Of a stretch of DNA of 44,282 bases, positions 40,923-44,282 are shown piece by piece. The stretch comes from an uncultured Christensenellaceae bacterium. GTDB lineage: Bacteria; Bacillota; Clostridia; Christensenellales; MGBC116941. Numbering within the stretch: the first letter of the stretch is position 1; every line of letters starts with the position of its first letter. The notes below the pieces were generated by a model. That model was not told the origin of the DNA. It saw only the letters and a program-made list of their open reading frames with translations, and did not search any database. Position numbers and translations under genes: made by a program. The stretch spans positions 81,846 through 126,127 of the forward strand of contig CAJUEF010000001.1 of NCBI GenBank assembly GCA_910585035.1. Direction: 5' to 3'.

Positions 40923-41549
40923 ATGGCGAAAGATACAAGGGGACTTGTAATAGTGATTTCAGGACCGTCAGGCGTGGGAAAAGGAAGCGTCAATAAGCTG
41001 CTTATAGATAGGTGTGAAAACCTGGAGGTAGCCATTTCCGCTACAACAAGAAAAATAAGAGAAAACGAAGTTGACGGACGGGATTACTATTTTATATCCA
41101 AAGAAGAATTTGAAAAAAAAATAACTGATAATGATTTTGTGGAATATGCGCTTGTACACGGAAATATGTACGGCACTTTAATATCTGAAGTAAACAGACG
41201 AATAGAAGAAGGAACAAATGTTATTTTGGAAATAGACGTTCAGGGCGGACGCTCGGTAAAAAACAAGTTTCCAAAATGTGTTTCAATATTTATTCTGCCG
41301 CCGAATATGAAAGAGCTGGCAGTAAGGCTTAACGGCCGTGCAACTGATGATGATGAAACTATAAAACTTAGACTCGACACTGCGGAATCAGAGATAAAAT
41401 GTGTGTATGATTATGATTATGCAGTAGTAAATGAAAATCTTAATGATTGTGTCAGTAAAATAAAAAACATTATAATAAGTGAAAAATCCAGAGTAAAAAG
41501 ACAGGATGAAATAATTAAAAAGTTATTAAACGGAGGTACGATTTTATGA
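40923..41549 (+). CDS. gmk: Guanylate kinase
   Basis: Contains the P-loop ISGPSGVGKGS, ATTRKIRENEVDGRDYYF and EIDVQG. Confidence 0.93.
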   Translation: MAKDTRGLVIVISGPSGVGKGSVNKLLIDRCENLEVAISATTRKIRENEVDGRDYYFISKEEFEKKITDNDFVEYALVHGNMYGTLISEVNRRIEEGTNVILEIDVQGGRSVKNKFPKCVSIFILPPNMKELAVRLNGRATDDDETIKLRLDTAESEIKCVYDYDYAVVNENLNDCVSKIKNIIISEKSRVKRQDEIIKKLLNGGTIL

Positions 41550-41740
41550 TGATTTATCCGCCAATTGATGAATTGGCACAAAAAGTAGACAGCAGATATG
41601 AGCTTGTGACAGCGCTTTCCAAAAGAGCGAGAGAAATAATCGCAAAAGATTCTCATTTAACTGAAAAGCCTGTAACCATGGCTATTGAAGAATTAAATGA
41701 AGGGAAAATAATTATACATTCCGGAAAAGATGAAAAATAA
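41546..41740 (+). CDS. rpoZ: DNA-directed RNA polymerase subunit omega
   Basis: The 64-aa product contains SRYELVTALSKRAREI. The gmk-rpoZ-coaBC-priA order is conserved. Confidence 0.88.
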   Translation: MMIYPPIDELAQKVDSRYELVTALSKRAREIIAKDSHLTEKPVTMAIEELNEGKIIIHSGKDEK

Positions 41741-42917
41741 AACAGTTGGGCTGATGGTAACGGGAGGAATTGCCGCCTATAAGGCTCCCGTTCTTGCAAG
41801 AGAGCTTGTTAAAAGAGGATTTGATGTGGTGAGCGTTTTAACGGAAAACGCTCTTAATTTTGTGACTAAATGCACTATGGAAACTGTTACGAAAAATAAA
41901 TGTCACATTCAGTCCTTTGATGATAATAAAAGATATGATGTTGAACATATTTCGCTTGTAAAGCAATGTGACGTGCTTGTTATTGCGCCGGCAACGGCAA
42001 ATATAATCGGTAAAATTGTATCAGGCATTGCAGACGACTTGCTTTCAACAACGGTAATGGCATTTAAGGGAAAAGTTTTAATCGCTCCTGCCATGAATGA
42101 AAACATGTACTTAAATCCAATTGTACAGGATAATATTGATAAACTAAAGCAATACGGATACACAATTATTGAACCTGAAAAAGGCTTTTTAGCCTGTAAC
42201 GATAATGGCGTAGGCAGAATGCGCAGTATTTCGGATATATGTGATGCTGCGGAATATGCCTGCTTTGAAAAAAAGGATTTAGAGGGTAGGCATGTTCTTG
42301 TAACAGCAGGTCCTACAAGAGAGATGATTGACCCTGTTCGTTTTATATCGAACCGTTCTTCAGGGAAGATGGGATTTGAAATTGCAAGGGCAGCTAAGCA
42401 AAGAGGAGCAAAGGTGACCCTCGTTTGCGGTCCCAACAATCTTCAGGCAATATATGGAGTGGAAACTATTGATGTCATAACTACAGAGGATATGTTTAAT
42501 GCTTGTATGGATATATTTGATAAATGCGATATGGTTATAAAAGCTGCTGCGCCATGTGATTTTTGTGTTGCAGAAAAGTATGACAATAAAATAAAAAAAT
42601 CTATACAGGGTGAAAATATTCAGCTTTCTTTTGGACACAACAAGGATATTTTAATGGAGCTGGGAAAGAAAAAAAGGCATCAAAAGCTTGTTGGCTTTGC
42701 TGCCGAAACACAGAACTTAAATGAATATGCGAAAGTTAAATTTGTTCAAAAAAATCTGGATATGATAGTAGCTAATGATGTGACAAAAATGGGAGCAGGT
42801 TTTAATGTGGATTCCAACGTGGTTACTTTTATAACAGGGGCGGGAGAAACGGGATTTCAGGGAACTAAGCTGGAAGTTGCTCATAGAATGTTTGATATTA
42901 TAAACGATGTTTGCTAA
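41730..42917 (+). CDS. coaBC: Bifunctional phosphopantothenoylcysteine decarboxylase / phosphopantothenate--cysteine ligase
   Basis: Has an N-terminal flavoprotein domain (VTGGIAAYKA, APATANIIGK, PAMN) and a C-terminal CoaB domain (VTAGPTRE.IDPVRFISNRSSGKMG, KAAAPCDF). Confidence 0.93.
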   Translation: MKNKTVGLMVTGGIAAYKAPVLARELVKRGFDVVSVLTENALNFVTKCTMETVTKNKCHIQSFDDNKRYDVEHISLVKQCDVLVIAPATANIIGKIVSGIADDLLSTTVMAFKGKVLIAPAMNENMYLNPIVQDNIDKLKQYGYTIIEPEKGFLACNDNGVGRMRSISDICDAAEYACFEKKDLEGRHVLVTAGPTREMIDPVRFISNRSSGKMGFEIARAAKQRGAKVTLVCGPNNLQAIYGVETIDVITTEDMFNACMDIFDKCDMVIKAAAPCDFCVAEKYDNKIKKSIQGENIQLSFGHNKDILMELGKKKRHQKLVGFAAETQNLNEYAKVKFVQKNLDMIVANDVTKMGAGFNVDSNVVTFITGAGETGFQGTKLEVAHRMFDIINDVC

Positions 42918-44282
42918 AGTAATTGTTGATATAACCCGAAGCAAAGTTGACAGGGTTTTTGATTATAAAATTGATAATGAAATTAAAATTGCACTAGGAC
43001 ATAGAGTACTAGTGCCTTTTGGTATTTCAAATAAATTATTTGAAGGTTTTGTTATTGGGATAACCAAAACAAGTAAATACGATAAAGATAAAATTAAATT
43101 TATTAAAGATGTATTAGACGAATATCCTGTGTTAAATAAAGACCAAATTGCTTTAGCTTTCCACATGAGAGAGGAATACGGCTGTACTCTTGCTGATGGG
43201 TTTCGCTTGATGCTTCCCGGGAGACTTCATGGACTGAGAGAAAAAACAAAGCTGGCAGCCAAAATTATAAATAATGATATATCATCCTGTTATACTAAAG
43301 ATGGAAGGGAAAAAGCTCCTGTTCAAATAAAGGTGTTTGAATATTTGAAAAATAACGAAGAAGCTTTTGTTTGCGAAATTGAGAGGCATATTTCGGGAAG
43401 CGCCTGCGCTATAACCGCTTTAAAGAAAAAAGGTATAATAGAGGTGTTTGCAAAAGAGATTATAAGAAAACCTTACTGTGCCAAAGAATATGATGGAAGG
43501 CAGGTTCTTTTAAATTCACAGCAAAAAGAAGCTGTTGATATAATATGCGATAATATGTTTTCCGGAAAAAGGTTTTTGCTTCATGGCATTACAGGCAGCG
43601 GAAAGACCGAAGTATATATGAGATTGGTAAGGTACTGCATTAGTAAGGGCAAAGGGGCAATAATACTTGTGCCGGAAATTGCGTTAACTCCTCAGGCGGT
43701 TGAAAGATACCGCTGTAAATTTGGCGATAAGGTGGCGCTGTTACACAGCAGACTTTCTCAAGGTGAACGGTTTGATGAGTGGAAAAGGATTTTAACAGGT
43801 AACTGCAATGTGGTTTTAGGGCCGAGATCCGCTGTGTTTGCGCCGGTAAAGGATCTTGGCTTAATAGTAATTGACGAAGAGCACGAGGGGGCATATTCTT
43901 CAGACAGTTTTCCAAGGTATGACGCAAAAGAGCTTGCCGGCTTTAGAATAAAAAGTTGTGGAAGCCTTGTTCTTGGAAGCGCAACCCCGTCTATAGAGAC
44001 ATATTATAACAGTATAAATGGTAAATATAAGCTGATTGAGCTTACGAAAAGAGCTAACAATATGCCTTTACCGGATACACATGTTGTGGATATGTCTGAA
44101 GAGCTTATAAGTGGAAACAAAACTATTATAAGCAATTTTCTGTATGAGAAAATAAACGAGAGGCTTGAGAAAAAGGAGCAAATTATTTTGCTTCTTAATA
44201 AAAGAGGATATTCGTCTTTTGTAATGTGCAGGGGCTGTGGCAGTGTGTTAAAATGTCCTCATTGTGATGTGTCTCTTGCTTA
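42907..44282 (+). CDS. priA: Primosomal protein N' (PriA helicase), 3'-truncated by the window edge
   Basis: Absent from the ORF track because it has no stop in the window. The frame is open from ATG 42907, which overlaps the coaBC stop, to the window end. It starts MFAKVIVDI... and contains the Walker A motif HGITGSGKTEVY, the DEEH box (VIDEEHE) and the start of the Cys-rich zinc region CRGCGSVLKCPHCDVSL. Confidence 0.92.
   Translation, partial: MFAKVIVDITRSKVDRVFDYKIDNEIKIALGHRVLVPFGISNKLFEGFVIGITKTSKYDKDKIKFIKDVLDEYPVLNKDQIALAFHMREEYGCTLADGFRLMLPGRLHGLREKTKLAAKIINNDISSCYTKDGREKAPVQIKVFEYLKNNEEAFVCEIERHISGSACAITALKKKGIIEVFAKEIIRKPYCAKEYDGRQVLLNSQQKEAVDIICDNMFSGKRFLLHGITGSGKTEVYMRLVRYCISKGKGAIILVPEIALTPQAVERYRCKFGDKVALLHSRLSQGERFDEWKRILTGNCNVVLGPRSAVFAPVKDLGLIVIDEEHEGAYSSDSFPRYDAKELAGFRIKSCGSLVLGSATPSIETYYNSINGKYKLIELTKRANNMPLPDTHVVDMSEELISGNKTIISNFLYEKINERLEKKEQIILLLNKRGYSSFVMCRGCGSVLKCPHCDVSLA

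Overview
This is a 44.3-kb core-chromosome segment from a low-G+C, endospore-lineage Firmicute (Clostridia-like). All about 40 genes are on the + strand and tightly packed, often with overlapping stop and start codons. Most are housekeeping genes: rbgA-rnhB-yraN-yifB-dprA-topA-trmFO-hslVU, dxs-tlyA-nadK-argR-recN-spoIVB-spo0A, secDF-recJ-relA-dtd, pcrA-ligA, gatCAB, and gmk-rpoZ-coaBC-priA. I found no mobile elements, CRISPR arrays, tRNA or rRNA genes. Five things are not explained by the ORF track. (1) The only large ORF-free gap holds a roughly 590-nt G+C-rich structured RNA. It is followed by a small membrane protein and then dxs-tlyA-nadK-argR-recN, which is the signature neighbourhood of OLE RNA and its partner OapA. 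(2) A 45-codon cysteine-rich SCIFF ranthipeptide precursor is missing from the ORF track and lies upstream of its radical-SAM/SPASM maturase. (3) The Spo0A orthologue has an intact DNA-binding domain but a shortened receiver domain that appears to lack the phospho-acceptor Asp. (4) A secreted PBP5/DacB-type carboxypeptidase homologue has all three catalytic motifs substituted. (5) A degenerate tandem repeat with homopyrimidine/homopurine hairpins lies between recN and spoIVB. Family assignments rest on motifs I recognise in the translations and on synteny. No database search was run.
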